From the NCBI GenBank assembly GCA_965228895.1, contig OZ245842.1, positions 4,416,001-4,480,000 on the forward strand: a DNA stretch of 64,000 nt, written 5' to 3'. This document shows positions 48,127 through 57,463 of the stretch, in pieces (positions within the stretch are counted from its first letter, which is position 1; every line of letters starts with the position of its first letter). This stretch comes from Alphaproteobacteria bacterium. Its GTDB lineage: Bacteria > Pseudomonadota > Alphaproteobacteria > SP197. The notes under the pieces are model-generated. The model saw nothing but the letters and a program-made list of their open reading frames with translations, ran no database searches and was not told the DNA's origin. A program made the position numbers and the translations under genes.

Positions 48127-48185
48127 GCCAGCGCAAGAATGGCAGCCGTTAACCCCCTGACGACCAACAGACTGGAGTAGAGACC

Positions 48186-49919
48186 ATGGCCATTATCGAC
48201 ATCCTTATCTTAGCAGGCATCGCGCTTGTCGCCCTGCTAACCATCGGGCTGATCATGGCGCGGCTCTACCAGCGCGCGACCAAGGAAATCTCGTTTGTGC
48301 GTACCGGCATGGGCGGCCAGAAGGTCGTCATGAACGGGGGCAGCCTGGTCTTCCCCGTGCTGCACGACACCATTCCCGTCAACATGAACACGCTGCGGCT
48401 GGAAGTCCGGCGCAACGACCAGCAGGCGCTGATCACGCGCGACCGCATGCGCGTCGACGTGCTGGCCGAATTCTATGTCCGCGTCCAGCCGACCGCCGAC
48501 TCGATCGCGGCCGCCGCCCAGACGCTGGGCAAGCGCACCATGCATCCGGAGTCGCTGAAGGAACTGGTCGAAGGCAAGTTCGTCGATGCCTTGCGCGCCG
48601 TCGCCGCCGAGATGGCGATGGAAGAGTTGCACGAGCAACGCGTCCAGTTCGTCCAGAAGGTGCAGACCGCGGTGTCTGAGGATCTGTTGAAGAACGGCCT
48701 GGAGCTTGAGTCCGTGTCCTTGACCGGCCTCGACCAGACCGACCGCGACTTCTTCAACCCGAACAACGCGTTCGACGCCGCCGGTCTGACCAAGCTGACC
48801 GACGAGATCGAGGACCGCCGCAAGCGGCGCAACGAGATCGAGCGCGACACGAAGGTGGCGATCGAACTGAAGGATCTGGAGACCGAACGCCAGTCGCTGC
48901 AGATCGGCCGCGACACCGAATACGCTCGTCTTGAACAGACCCGCGAGGTCGAAGTCCGCCGCGCCTCTCAGGTCGCCGAGATCGCCAGGGAACAGGCCGA
49001 ACAGGAGCGTGAGGCCGAACAGGCGCGCATCATGGCGACCCGCGATGTCGAGCAGTCGAAGATCGAGGCCGAGCGAGAGGTCGAACAGGCGCGCATCGAA
49101 AAGGATCGCGAGGTCAAGGAACGCGACATCAACCGCAACAAGGCCATTGAACTGGCCAACCAGGACCGCGAGATCGCGGTTGCTGAAAAGTCGAAGGCGC
49201 AATCCGTCGCCCAGGCCGAGGCCGACCGCGCACGCGCCGAGGCCGTGCGCGAGGAGGAGCTCGTCATCACCTCGCGTGAAACCGAGCAGGCCGAGCGTCA
49301 GAAGATCGTCGAGCTGGTCGAGGCCCGTCGGGTCGCCGAACGCGAAGCGATCAAGATCAAAGTCGCGGCCGAGGCGCAGAAGGATGCCGCCAACGACGAG
49401 GCTGACGCCATCCGCACGCTGGCCGAGGCGGCGTCTGAGAAGGTGCGCATCGAAGCCAGCGGTGAGTCGGAGGCCGAAAAGCTGAAGGCGGTGGCAGCGG
49501 AGATCCGCTATGCCGTCGAAGCTGCCGGGCGCAAGGCGCTCAACGAGGCCGACAACACGCTGACGGAAGAGATCGTCGCGATGAAGGTGAAGCTCGCCAT
49601 CATCGAGAACCTGCAGTCGATCATCCGCGAATCCGTCAAACCGATGGAGCAGATCGACGGCATCAAGATCGTTCAGGTCGACGGCCTGACCGGCAACGGC
49701 GGCAACGGCGGCGGAAACGGTGGCGCTGCGATCGAAGGCGCCGGCGCTGGCGGCGGTGCCGGCCTCGCCGACCAGGTTGTCGCCAGCGCGCTGCGTTACC
49801 GCAGCCAGGCGCCGCTGATCGATGCGCTGATGAAAGAGGTCGGCCTCAACAGCGACAACCTCGACGGCTTCGTCGACAGCTTGAAGGACGAGGTCGGCCG
49901 TAACGACGCGGGAGGATAA
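48186..49919 (+). CDS. yqiK: Flotillin / SPFH domain protein (YqiK family)
   Basis: N-terminal TM, FVRTG.GGQKVV..GG, VNMNTLRLEV, LITRDRMRVDV.AEFYVRV, NGLELESVSL, FNPNNAFDA.GL, AEA/EAE coiled coil, SALRYR.QAPL. Confidence 0.95.
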   Translation: MAIIDILILAGIALVALLTIGLIMARLYQRATKEISFVRTGMGGQKVVMNGGSLVFPVLHDTIPVNMNTLRLEVRRNDQQALITRDRMRVDVLAEFYVRVQPTADSIAAAAQTLGKRTMHPESLKELVEGKFVDALRAVAAEMAMEELHEQRVQFVQKVQTAVSEDLLKNGLELESVSLTGLDQTDRDFFNPNNAFDAAGLTKLTDEIEDRRKRRNEIERDTKVAIELKDLETERQSLQIGRDTEYARLEQTREVEVRRASQVAEIAREQAEQEREAEQARIMATRDVEQSKIEAEREVEQARIEKDREVKERDINRNKAIELANQDREIAVAEKSKAQSVAQAEADRARAEAVREEELVITSRETEQAERQKIVELVEARRVAEREAIKIKVAAEAQKDAANDEADAIRTLAEAASEKVRIEASGESEAEKLKAVAAEIRYAVEAAGRKALNEADNTLTEEIVAMKVKLAIIENLQSIIRESVKPMEQIDGIKIVQVDGLTGNGGNGGGNGGAAIEGAGAGGGAGLADQVVASALRYRSQAPLIDALMKEVGLNSDNLDGFVDSLKDEVGRNDAGG

Positions 49920-49928
49920 ACCCCCGTC

Positions 49929-49950
49929 AGGGGCGGCTTCGGCCGCCCCT
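49929..49950 (+). other. Stable stem-loop with a UUCG tetraloop after flotillin
   Basis: AGGGGCGGC-TTCG-GCCGCCCCT, a perfect 9-bp stem. No U-tract, so it may stabilise the mRNA or only partly terminate transcription. Confidence 0.65.
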
Positions 49951-49971
49951 CTAACAAAGGAGTGACGTGAC

Positions 49972-50211
49972 ATGAGTCTTCTGTTGTTCCTTGGCGTACC
50001 CCTAATCTTCTTCGGAGGCTGCCTGACCGCGGCCGGTTTCCTTGGGCCCGCCGGCAGCACGTTCGTCAGCGGCTACCGCACGTCCGGCGGGACACCGATC
50101 CAGAGCCGTGTCCACAACCAGCCCTATGACGGCGAACGCAAAAAGAAAATGCGCTGGCTGGGTCTGAAGCTAAGTGCCGTGGGCGCCGTGCTGGTTATCG
50201 TCGCGGGCTGA
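49972..50211 (+). CDS. Small two-TM membrane protein, array member 1
   Basis: RBS AAGGAG. TM1 LGVPLIFFG, TM2 LGLKLSAVG. Confidence 0.8.
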   Translation: MSLLLFLGVPLIFFGGCLTAAGFLGPAGSTFVSGYRTSGGTPIQSRVHNQPYDGERKKKMRWLGLKLSAVGAVLVIVAG

Positions 50212-50248
50212 TTGGCCGACAACACTTAACCAGGAAGGAGATGTGATC

Positions 50249-50467
50249 ATGGGTGTTATAGGACTGGTGTTGGTCTGTCTCGGCTGCCTGATTACCGGCG
50301 TCGGCATCTTCTCAGCCGCCAACCTGTTCGGCCTCATTTCAAAGGACGAACGGTATCATGGGACGACCACGGACAAGGGTGTGCATCGCACCAACCTGTG
50401 GGTCCTGCTGACCGGCCTCGGTATGCTCGCGGTTGGCTTCGGCTTCATTTTTCTAACCAGCGCTTAG
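50249..50467 (+). CDS. Small two-TM membrane protein, array member 2
   Basis: RBS AAGGAG. TM1 LGCLITGVGIFSAAN, TM2 TGLGMLAVG. Confidence 0.82.
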   Translation: MGVIGLVLVCLGCLITGVGIFSAANLFGLISKDERYHGTTTDKGVHRTNLWVLLTGLGMLAVGFGFIFLTSA

Positions 50468-50602
50468 AGCAGATCCTGTTTTGATGGAATCGCTTCGCGA
50501 TGACATCAAGACGGGTGAATCCGCTCTACTCATTGATAAAGAGCGGATTCACATGGTTAGATGGGACCGTCAAGCGGTCCCATCTAACCATGATCCGCTC
50601 TA
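50465..50602 (+). repeat. Double-hairpin repeat, family B copy 4
   Basis: TAGAGCAGATC...GTGAATCCGCTCTA, linker, AAGAGCGGATTCAC...GATCCGCTCTA. Begins at the TAG stop of the preceding ORF. Confidence 0.9.
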
Positions 50603-50633
50603 GGCGCGTGATCGACGACAGGAGATTGCGATC

Positions 50634-50855
50634 ATGGAAATTGCCGCCGTTGTCTTTCTGACCTTAGGCATTCTCGTCATCGGCTTCGGCCTGCTGTCGC
50701 TTTGCAACATTCTGAATCTGCCCCTGACCGATCACCAGGCCAAGAACGCCGACATGACGACCAGCAGGTTTCAGGTCGCCCAGGCGAGGATCATGCTGCT
50801 GGGTGCGGCCCTGCTTGCCATCGGCATCGTGCTGTTTGTCCTGACAGGGGCATAG
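50634..50855 (+). CDS. Small two-TM membrane protein, array member 3
   Basis: RBS AGGAG. TM1 LGILVIGFGLLSLCN, TM2 LGAALLAIG. Confidence 0.85.
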   Translation: MEIAAVVFLTLGILVIGFGLLSLCNILNLPLTDHQAKNADMTTSRFQVAQARIMLLGAALLAIGIVLFVLTGA

Positions 50856-50867
50856 GCGGGTGACACC

Positions 50868-51089
50868 ATGGCCATCTCCGCCATCATGTTGCTCATCCTC
50901 GGGATAGCCCTGATCTGCTTTGGCGGCCTGTCGTTCCAGAATTTCAGCAACATGCCGTTCATGGACGACGACATGGATCAAGCCCACAAGGCAGGGAAAC
51001 GTTTTGCGGCCCTACACATCAAGGTCTCGCTGATCGGTGCTATCCTGCTTGCCATCGGCGCCGCCTTGGCCTCGCTCAGCGAGGTTTGA
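50868..51089 (+). CDS. Small two-TM membrane protein, array member 4
   Basis: TM1 LGIALICFGGLSFQN, TM2 IGAILLAIG. Same length (73 aa) as member 3. Confidence 0.85.
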   Translation: MAISAIMLLILGIALICFGGLSFQNFSNMPFMDDDMDQAHKAGKRFAALHIKVSLIGAILLAIGAALASLSEV

Positions 51090-51338
51090 GTGTACTGGAC
51101 AATTGAAACCCTTAGCACGACAAGCGGCATCGGAGGCCTGATGGTGCTCATCGGACTGGTGTTTGCTGCGACAGTCTTCTTCCCAAACGGACTAACCAAA
51201 GGGCATGTCCATCACTCCTCTTACTCGCTTGACCGCGACTATCCAATCTGGCGGTGGTTCAAGATCGGCATTGCAATACTGGGAATCTGTCTGGCCATTG
51301 CGGGAACGCTGATACAGGTGTATTGGCCCGACGCATGA
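51090..51338 (+). CDS. Small two-TM membrane protein, array member 5 (most diverged)
   Basis: GTG directly after the previous TGA, with RBS GAGG. TM1 IGGLMVLIG, TM2 LGICLAIAG. Its stop overlaps the DUF1835 ATG. Confidence 0.75.
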   Translation: MYWTIETLSTTSGIGGLMVLIGLVFAATVFFPNGLTKGHVHHSSYSLDRDYPIWRWFKIGIAILGICLAIAGTLIQVYWPDA

Positions 51339-52303
51339 CCTCGACCCTTCACATTCGCTGCGGTTCGGACATTCGTGACGGCCTGGCCCAAGCCGGCATA
51401 CCCGGCGACTTCCTGGAGTTTTCCGATCCCGTTTGCAAAGGCGGCACGCCCGATGGCGACGATGACGTCTTTCATGCCGCGCGTCTGGCCTATCTGACCG
51501 GCGAGCTCGGTGTGTCGCCTGCGCCAACGGATACAGGATTGCGCGAGGCGATGAGTCGCCTCGAACAGACACGAGACTACGAGCGTCTCGTGCTGTGGTT
51601 CGAACATGATATCTACGATCAGGCGGTTCTGATCCGTTTGCTCTCCTGGTTTGCGGAACGGCCCGACCTGGAGCCGCGCCTCAACATGATCGCCATCGAC
51701 CGCTTCCCCGGCATCGACCGTTTCATCGGTCTTGGTCAGCTCGATCCAAATCAGCTGAAATCGTTATGGGGCAGCGAGCAGCCGGTAACACGGGCGCAGA
51801 TCGCGCTCGGCCAACGCGCCTGGCAGGCGTTTCGCGCGCCGGAACCCCTCTCGCTGTTCGATCTTGCCGCAGCGGGCACGCCCAATCTGCCGTTCCTGGC
51901 GCCCGCCCTGATGCGGCACCTTCAAGAGCTGCCGTGGACGACCGACGGGCTCTCGCTCACCGAACGGCTGACGCTGCGCGCTATCGCCGAAGGCGCTGCA
52001 ACGCCCGGCCAGTGTTTCCGCGACCTGCACGGCCGTCTCGAGCCGCAGCCCTTCCTGGGCGACATCATGTATTGGCCGATCGTCACCAACCTCGCCCGCG
52101 GCAAGGCGGGCGCGGTTACCGAGCCGGAGACCTGGAAGTCTCCGATCGCGCTGACGTCGTTTGGCAGAGACCTGCTCGCCGGCACGGCCGACTGGATCGA
52201 GACCAACGGCATCGACCGCTGGGTCGGCGGCGTGCACGTCACGCCCGGCAACCTCTGGCGTTGGGACGCGGCGGCCAGCCGCCCTGTAAGAGACTCGGGC
52301 TAG
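51335..52303 (+). CDS. DUF1835 domain protein
   Basis: TLHIRCGSD, F.DP.C.G, LVLWFEHD.YDQ..L, FIGLGQL, R.LQELP...DGLSLTE, FLGD, IDRWVGGV. Confidence 0.85.
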   Translation: MTSTLHIRCGSDIRDGLAQAGIPGDFLEFSDPVCKGGTPDGDDDVFHAARLAYLTGELGVSPAPTDTGLREAMSRLEQTRDYERLVLWFEHDIYDQAVLIRLLSWFAERPDLEPRLNMIAIDRFPGIDRFIGLGQLDPNQLKSLWGSEQPVTRAQIALGQRAWQAFRAPEPLSLFDLAAAGTPNLPFLAPALMRHLQELPWTTDGLSLTERLTLRAIAEGAATPGQCFRDLHGRLEPQPFLGDIMYWPIVTNLARGKAGAVTEPETWKSPIALTSFGRDLLAGTADWIETNGIDRWVGGVHVTPGNLWRWDAAASRPVRDSG

Positions 52304-54072
52304 GCGAACACCGCATCCGGCGCGTCGTGCACGGCTGCCGCGCCTTGCGTCACGATGGCGGCGAGAGCCGCAGCCTTGGGCAGTTCCTGATCCATGTAGA
52401 ACTGAGCCGTCGCTCGCTTAGCGGCCAAAAAATCGCGATCGGCGAGGTCCGATCCGTCCAGAGCGGCCAGTGCCTGACGCACCATTTGCCAGCCGCCGGC
52501 GACGGTGCCGAACAGTGCCAGATAGGTCGTTGCCGAGGCGAGCGCCAGATCGTTGTCGGTCGCGGCCGTCGCGATGACCCAGTCTGTCGCATGACGCAGA
52601 TGGCCGAGCGCGTCCGCCAATTGGTCGGCAAAACGTTCGAGGCCATTATCGCGCGCCCTACCGATGACACCGTCGATATCATCGAACAGCGCGCCGGCCA
52701 TTGCGCCGCCGTCGCGTACGATCTTGCGGCCGACAAGATCGATCGCCTGGATGCCGTTGGTGCCTTCGTAGATCGGCAGGATGCGCACGTCGCGATAGTG
52801 CTGGGCTGCGCCCGTTTCCTCGATGAAACCCATGCCCCCGTGGACCTGCAGGGCCATCGACGTTATGTCGGCGGCGTTGTCGGTACACCAGCCCTTGGTG
52901 ATCGGCGTCAGGAGGTCGAAGCGCGCGTGGGCCGCCTCGCGTACTACCGGATCGGGGTGCTTCGAGGCGCGGTCGAAAGCCGCCGCCGCGCTCAACGTTA
53001 GCCCGCGTCCCGCCTCGATGCGCGCCTTCATCGACAGCAGCATGCGCCGGACATCCGGATGCTCGATGATCGTGGCGTCGGCGCCGTTGCGCCGACCCTG
53101 CACCCGCTCCCGCGCGAAGGTCAATGCCTGCTGATAGGCGCGTTCGGCAATCGCGATGCCTTGCACGGCAACGGCGACGCGGGCGTTGTTCATCATGGTA
53201 AACATGTACTCGAGCCCGCGGTTCTCCTCACCGACCAGGAAACCGGTGGCGCCGCCGTCATCGCCATAGGCCATGACGCAGGTCGGGCTGCCGACGATGC
53301 CGAGCTTGTGCTCCAGCGATACGGCGCGCAGATCGTTGCGCGCGCCCGGCGTGCCGTCGTCCTTTGGCAGGTACTTCGGCACGATGAAAAGCGAGATGCC
53401 TTTCACGCCGGCCGGCGCGTCGGGCAGCCGGGCAAGCACCAGATGCACGATATTCTCGGTCAGCTCGTGCTCGCCATAGGTGATGAAGATCTTCTGACCC
53501 GTCACGGCGTAGATACCGTCATCGCGCCGTTCGGCGCGGGTCCGGATACGCGCGAGATCGGTGCCGGCCTGGGGCTCCGTCAGGTTCATGGTGCCCGACC
53601 AGGTGCCGGCGATCATGTTCGGCAGATAGACCGCCTTCTGCTCGGACGATCCGTGATGGCTCAGCAGTTCGACGGCGCCGCGCGTCAGCAGCGTACCGGT
53701 CGAAAACGCCATGTTGGCCGCTTCGAACATTTCCTGGACCACCAGCGACAGCGTCCACGGCAAACCCTGACCGCCGTAATCGGGATCGAAGGAGAGGCTG
53801 TTCCAACCACCTTCGACATAGGCGCGGTAGGCGGCGTGGAAACCATCCGGCAGCCGGACCACGCCGTTTTCCAGACGGGCACCTTCAAGATCGCCGGCCC
53901 GGTTGGTCGGCGCCAACACCTCGCCGGCGAGCTTGCCCGCCTCCTCCAGAAGCGCCGCCACGAGGCCGTCGTCGGCCGCCTCGAACCCGGGGAGGCTGAC
54001 CAGCTCGTCGAAACCCGCTTGGGCTAACAGGGCAAATCGAATGTCTTCTAGCGGCGCGGTGTAATCACTCAT
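52300..54072 (-). CDS. Acyl-CoA dehydrogenase (DmdC/MMPA-CoA dehydrogenase-like)
   Basis: GGQGLP, W.GTMNLTEPQAGTDL, G.KIFITYGEH, GISLFIVPK, EHKLGI.GSPTC, MFTMMNNAR, QVHGGMGFIEETGAAQ..RD, IYEGTNGIQAIDL. Confidence 0.93.
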   Translation of the reverse strand: MSDYTAPLEDIRFALLAQAGFDELVSLPGFEAADDGLVAALLEEAGKLAGEVLAPTNRAGDLEGARLENGVVRLPDGFHAAYRAYVEGGWNSLSFDPDYGGQGLPWTLSLVVQEMFEAANMAFSTGTLLTRGAVELLSHHGSSEQKAVYLPNMIAGTWSGTMNLTEPQAGTDLARIRTRAERRDDGIYAVTGQKIFITYGEHELTENIVHLVLARLPDAPAGVKGISLFIVPKYLPKDDGTPGARNDLRAVSLEHKLGIVGSPTCVMAYGDDGGATGFLVGEENRGLEYMFTMMNNARVAVAVQGIAIAERAYQQALTFARERVQGRRNGADATIIEHPDVRRMLLSMKARIEAGRGLTLSAAAAFDRASKHPDPVVREAAHARFDLLTPITKGWCTDNAADITSMALQVHGGMGFIEETGAAQHYRDVRILPIYEGTNGIQAIDLVGRKIVRDGGAMAGALFDDIDGVIGRARDNGLERFADQLADALGHLRHATDWVIATAATDNDLALASATTYLALFGTVAGGWQMVRQALAALDGSDLADRDFLAAKRATAQFYMDQELPKAAALAAIVTQGAAAVHDAPDAVFA

Positions 54073-54209
54073 CACAACAGACTTTCAAATCGATCGATCC
54101 CGCACGTTGGCATAGGTTCCACGAGTGATTCCAGTACGAGACATCCAACTGGCGGTGGGCCCAGTCATCGATTAGCCTGGACCCAGCCTCGCGGACTGGC
54201 CGTGGGGCG

Positions 54210-54353
54210 TGTTCTCAGGGCGGGGTGGAAGTCCCCACCGGCGGTGAGCACAGCCTGTGCAAGCCCGCGAGCGCCTTCCGGTGCCAGCCGGAAGGGTCAG
54301 CTGACCCGGTGCAATTCCGGGGCCGACGGTCAAAGTCCGGATGGGAGAGAACA
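54210..54353 (+). ncRNA. FMN riboswitch (RFN element)
   Basis: TCTCAGGGCGGGGTGGAAGTCCCCACCGGCGGT...AGCCCGCGAGCG...GACCCGGTGCAATTCCGGGGCCGACGGTCAAAGTCCGGATGGGAGAGA, upstream of lumazine synthase. Confidence 0.97.
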
Positions 54354-54430
54354 ATCAACGTAGCCCGGCCGTTCCGGTCCGGACTAACGCGTGATTGCAC
54401 GCCCTGATTCAGGTCAAACGGAGTGATGAC

Positions 54431-54943
54431 ATGAATCAGACCACGCAGACACACGACAACGACAACATCGCGTTCATCAAGGCGCGCTGGCACAGCGACA
54501 TCGTCGATCGCTGCGAAGAAGGGTTTTTGGATGAACTTCGCAAGCGCTCTTGGTGCGCGGGCAGGGTCGACACCTTCGCGGTGCCTGGCTCGTTGGAGAT
54601 ACCGCTATTGGCCCGCCAGCTTGCGCTGCGCGGTGACCATGCGGCGATCGTCGCATCCGGCTTTGTCGTCGACGGCGGCATTTACCGCCACGACTTCGTC
54701 GCCGCAACGGTGATCAACGCGCTCATGCAGGTTCAGTTGGAGACTGGCGTTCCCGTCTTGTCGGCGGTACTGACGCCGCATCATTTTCACGAAGGTTCGC
54801 CACATGATGTGTTCTTTGCCGAACACTTCGTGACCAAGGGCCGGGAGGCCGCCGAAGCCTGTCTGGCGACCATCGAGGGGTTGGCGCGCCTGACCCAGGT
54901 AGGCCGCGTGGACTTTCGGGCAACGGCAGCCATGACGAGCTAG
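54431..54943 (+). CDS. ribH2: 6,7-dimethyl-8-ribityllumazine synthase, type II
   Basis: ARWH.DIV, VPG.LEIPL, VVDGGIYRHDFVA, VLTPHHFHE (type II signatures). Confidence 0.93.
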   Translation: MNQTTQTHDNDNIAFIKARWHSDIVDRCEEGFLDELRKRSWCAGRVDTFAVPGSLEIPLLARQLALRGDHAAIVASGFVVDGGIYRHDFVAATVINALMQVQLETGVPVLSAVLTPHHFHEGSPHDVFFAEHFVTKGREAAEACLATIEGLARLTQVGRVDFRATAAMTS

Positions 54944-55020
54944 ACCCCGTCGTATTGCCGGGATGCCATCGCGTGAGTTTGTGCTCTAAGGTGCGCGTCC
55001 CGGCAGAACGGAGAGACACC

Positions 55021-55269
55021 ATGAGCGAAGGCGGCGGTGAACAGTCGCAACATCTCGACTTGGCCAACCGGTTCGTCGAGATCGCCAACGATATGCTGCA
55101 GTCCGGCGGCGACGCCGAGGCCATCGGCCTGGCCATGACCCACGCCGCCGCCAACTTCACGGCCTTTGCCGCCGTCCAGATGGAAGGCAGTGAGGAAGAG
55201 CTGAGGAATGTCGTCGGCGAGTTCGAACGTCTCCTCTTTGCCTATTACAAGAACCGTCAGCCGCTCTAG
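55021..55269 (+). CDS. Small helical protein (DUF3144-like)
   Basis: LANRFVEIAN...A...AAANF.AF pattern. RBS GGAGA. Confidence 0.75.
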   Translation: MSEGGGEQSQHLDLANRFVEIANDMLQSGGDAEAIGLAMTHAAANFTAFAAVQMEGSEEELRNVVGEFERLLFAYYKNRQPL

Positions 55270-55299
55270 GCGCATGCTTTCTGAAGGGTCCGCGTAATC

Positions 55300-56196
55300 A
55301 TGGCAGCGCCGTCGGCGCCGCTGCATCGCCACGCGCCGGCCCAGGCGATCCTTCTATGGTGTTTCGCCGCGCTGCTGTTCACCAGCCAAGGCGCCATCCT
55401 GAAGTGGCTGTCGGACGGCTATCACTTCTCGGAGATTCTGTTCTTCCGCTCGGTCGTGGTCGTCGCCATTCTGACGATCTTCCTGGCGCGAGGACCGGGA
55501 CTCGGTGCGCCGTTCCGCACCCGGCACGCCAAACTCCATGTTGCCCGCTTCCTGTGTTTCCTGGTGGCGCTGACCTGTTTTATCGAGGCCGTCAAACGGA
55601 TCTCGTTGAGCGACGCCATCGCCGTCACCTTCGCCGCACCGCTCTTGATGACGGCACTTGCCGTGCCACTGCTGCGCGAACGTATCGGGCCACGGCGATG
55701 GACCGCTGTTATCATTGGTCTTGGCGGCGTCCTTGTCATCGGCAACCCCAGCACCGGCATCTTCGAGGTGGCGGCATTGTGGGCTTTGGGAGCGGCACTC
55801 GGCTACGCGCTCGCGATCATCGTGACCCGCATGCTGACCGGCACCGACCCGACAGTCGTGATCGTCTGGACTCTCAACGCGCTCTACCTGGTCACGATGC
55901 CGTTCTTTATCCCCTTCACCTGGGTCGGGCCGACATGGCCAGATCTCGGTCTGATGGCCTTCGGCGGGCTGGTCGTTTTGGTCGCGCAACTGGGCGCGGT
56001 CCATGCCTGCCGGCTGGCGCCACCCCAGGTGCTGGCCCCGTTCGACTACACGGCAATGATATGGGCGGTGCTGCTCGATCTGGTCATCTGGCATGTGCTG
56101 CCATCGCTGACCGTGATTGGCGGCGCGGCAATCCTGATCGCCAGCGGTATCTATATTCTCTACCGCGAGGCCAAGGTGTCGAAGAATACGCCCTAA
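55300..56196 (+). CDS. DMT/EamA family transporter
   Basis: EILFFRS, FAAPL, L.ERIG.RRW.AV.IG..GVL.I, LAPFDY, GAAILIASGIYI..RE. Confidence 0.93.
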   Translation: MAAPSAPLHRHAPAQAILLWCFAALLFTSQGAILKWLSDGYHFSEILFFRSVVVVAILTIFLARGPGLGAPFRTRHAKLHVARFLCFLVALTCFIEAVKRISLSDAIAVTFAAPLLMTALAVPLLRERIGPRRWTAVIIGLGGVLVIGNPSTGIFEVAALWALGAALGYALAIIVTRMLTGTDPTVVIVWTLNALYLVTMPFFIPFTWVGPTWPDLGLMAFGGLVVLVAQLGAVHACRLAPPQVLAPFDYTAMIWAVLLDLVIWHVLPSLTVIGGAAILIASGIYILYREAKVSKNTP

Positions 56197-57371
56197 GGTC
56201 GCGTCAGTTCCCTGGCGATCCATCCGGCGACGTGCCGGTTGTGCGCCTCCAGGTTACTGAGCGGTGCCCGCTGCGCCCAGGCGCTCTGCAATCCCTTCTG
56301 AATAGCCGCGTTGACGACGTAGTCCTCCTCGTTGAACTGGTGAAAGAACGCAACGGCTTCAGCCAGTCTGGCGTCGAAGTCCGGCAGTTCTCTTGCGGAA
56401 GGCGGAACGAAGAAATCCACATACATCCGGATGCGGCCCGCGGCGGTCGGGAACATACGGATTTTCATCCCGTAGTCAGGCTGCAGATAGATAAAGAAGT
56501 TGGGGAGGACGTAGACCAGCATGAAGTTGATCCGCTGCCGCTCGGTCAGCCCCGGGACGGGTTCAAAATACAAGGGCACATAGTCCAGGCCGTCGGCGTG
56601 CCGGGTTCTCTTGCTTTCCCTGGCCTCGCACCACTGAATGACGGTCGGGCCCTCGCACTGGGTGACGGTGGTGCGCGCGGGAAAGTTCGCTTCGAAGGTC
56701 TCGGCGTGCGCACCGATGTGGTGGTAGCACTCGCCGTTATCCTGCATGACCTTCCAGTCCCACGGGTACTCGCCGCAATCGACCGTCTCCACGACCTCCC
56801 AGGTTTGGATGCCGAACTCGGCGATCTCCTTATCGACGCCGGTCAGTTGCGGTCCCAACGGTTCGGCGTTGCCGTCCAGGTTGATGTAGACGAAACCCTG
56901 CCAGACCTCATGACGGACAACCGGCAGCGCGACGGTCTTGGGATCGAAGCCCGGACAATCCTTCATCGCGACGGCGCCACGCAACGTGCCGTCCAACTCA
57001 TAGGTCCAGGCGTGGTAGGGACAGACAAAGGCATCGCGATTGCCCGATCCGTCGCACACTTTCATCCAGCGGTGACGGCAGACATTGGAGAGCACCCGGA
57101 CGTCACCGTTCTTGTCGCGCACCAGGACAATCGGCTCGCCGACTACGTCCAGTGCCATAAAATCACCGGGGTTGGCGACCTGATCGACCCGACCGATGCA
57201 CAGCCAGTGACGGCGGAAGATCCGGTCGACCTCCAGGGCGTGCAGCTCGGGCGAAAAATAGGCTTCCGGCGGCAGGCTCCGCCACGCGCTGTTCTCCGAT
57301 TGCGCGATCTCTCGCAGGGACTCCAGCAAACTGGCCGTCTGGCCGGACCCGAACTCTTCGGCAAGCGACAC
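56193..57371 (-). CDS. Rieske oxygenase alpha subunit
   Basis: SLPPEAY, NVCRHR...VCPYHAW, WK...DN.ECYHHIGAH, ED......IQKGL.S. Confidence 0.93.
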   Translation of the reverse strand: MSLAEEFGSGQTASLLESLREIAQSENSAWRSLPPEAYFSPELHALEVDRIFRRHWLCIGRVDQVANPGDFMALDVVGEPIVLVRDKNGDVRVLSNVCRHRWMKVCDGSGNRDAFVCPYHAWTYELDGTLRGAVAMKDCPGFDPKTVALPVVRHEVWQGFVYINLDGNAEPLGPQLTGVDKEIAEFGIQTWEVVETVDCGEYPWDWKVMQDNGECYHHIGAHAETFEANFPARTTVTQCEGPTVIQWCEARESKRTRHADGLDYVPLYFEPVPGLTERQRINFMLVYVLPNFFIYLQPDYGMKIRMFPTAAGRIRMYVDFFVPPSARELPDFDARLAEAVAFFHQFNEEDYVVNAAIQKGLQSAWAQRAPLSNLEAHNRHVAGWIARELTRP

Positions 57372-57463
57372 GTTTCTGCCTCACATCAAATTGTAACTCG
57401 ATTTGGCAAGACAGTATCGAAGCGGACCGCGGCTTTCCAGTCGCAGAATCACAACCTGTCGGG

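Noticed and set aside
54296-54310. FMN riboswitch variant (CAGCTGAC instead of CAGCAGAT) as altered ligand specificity
   Set aside because: It is within the variation I recall for RFN elements, and the downstream gene is a riboflavin enzyme.
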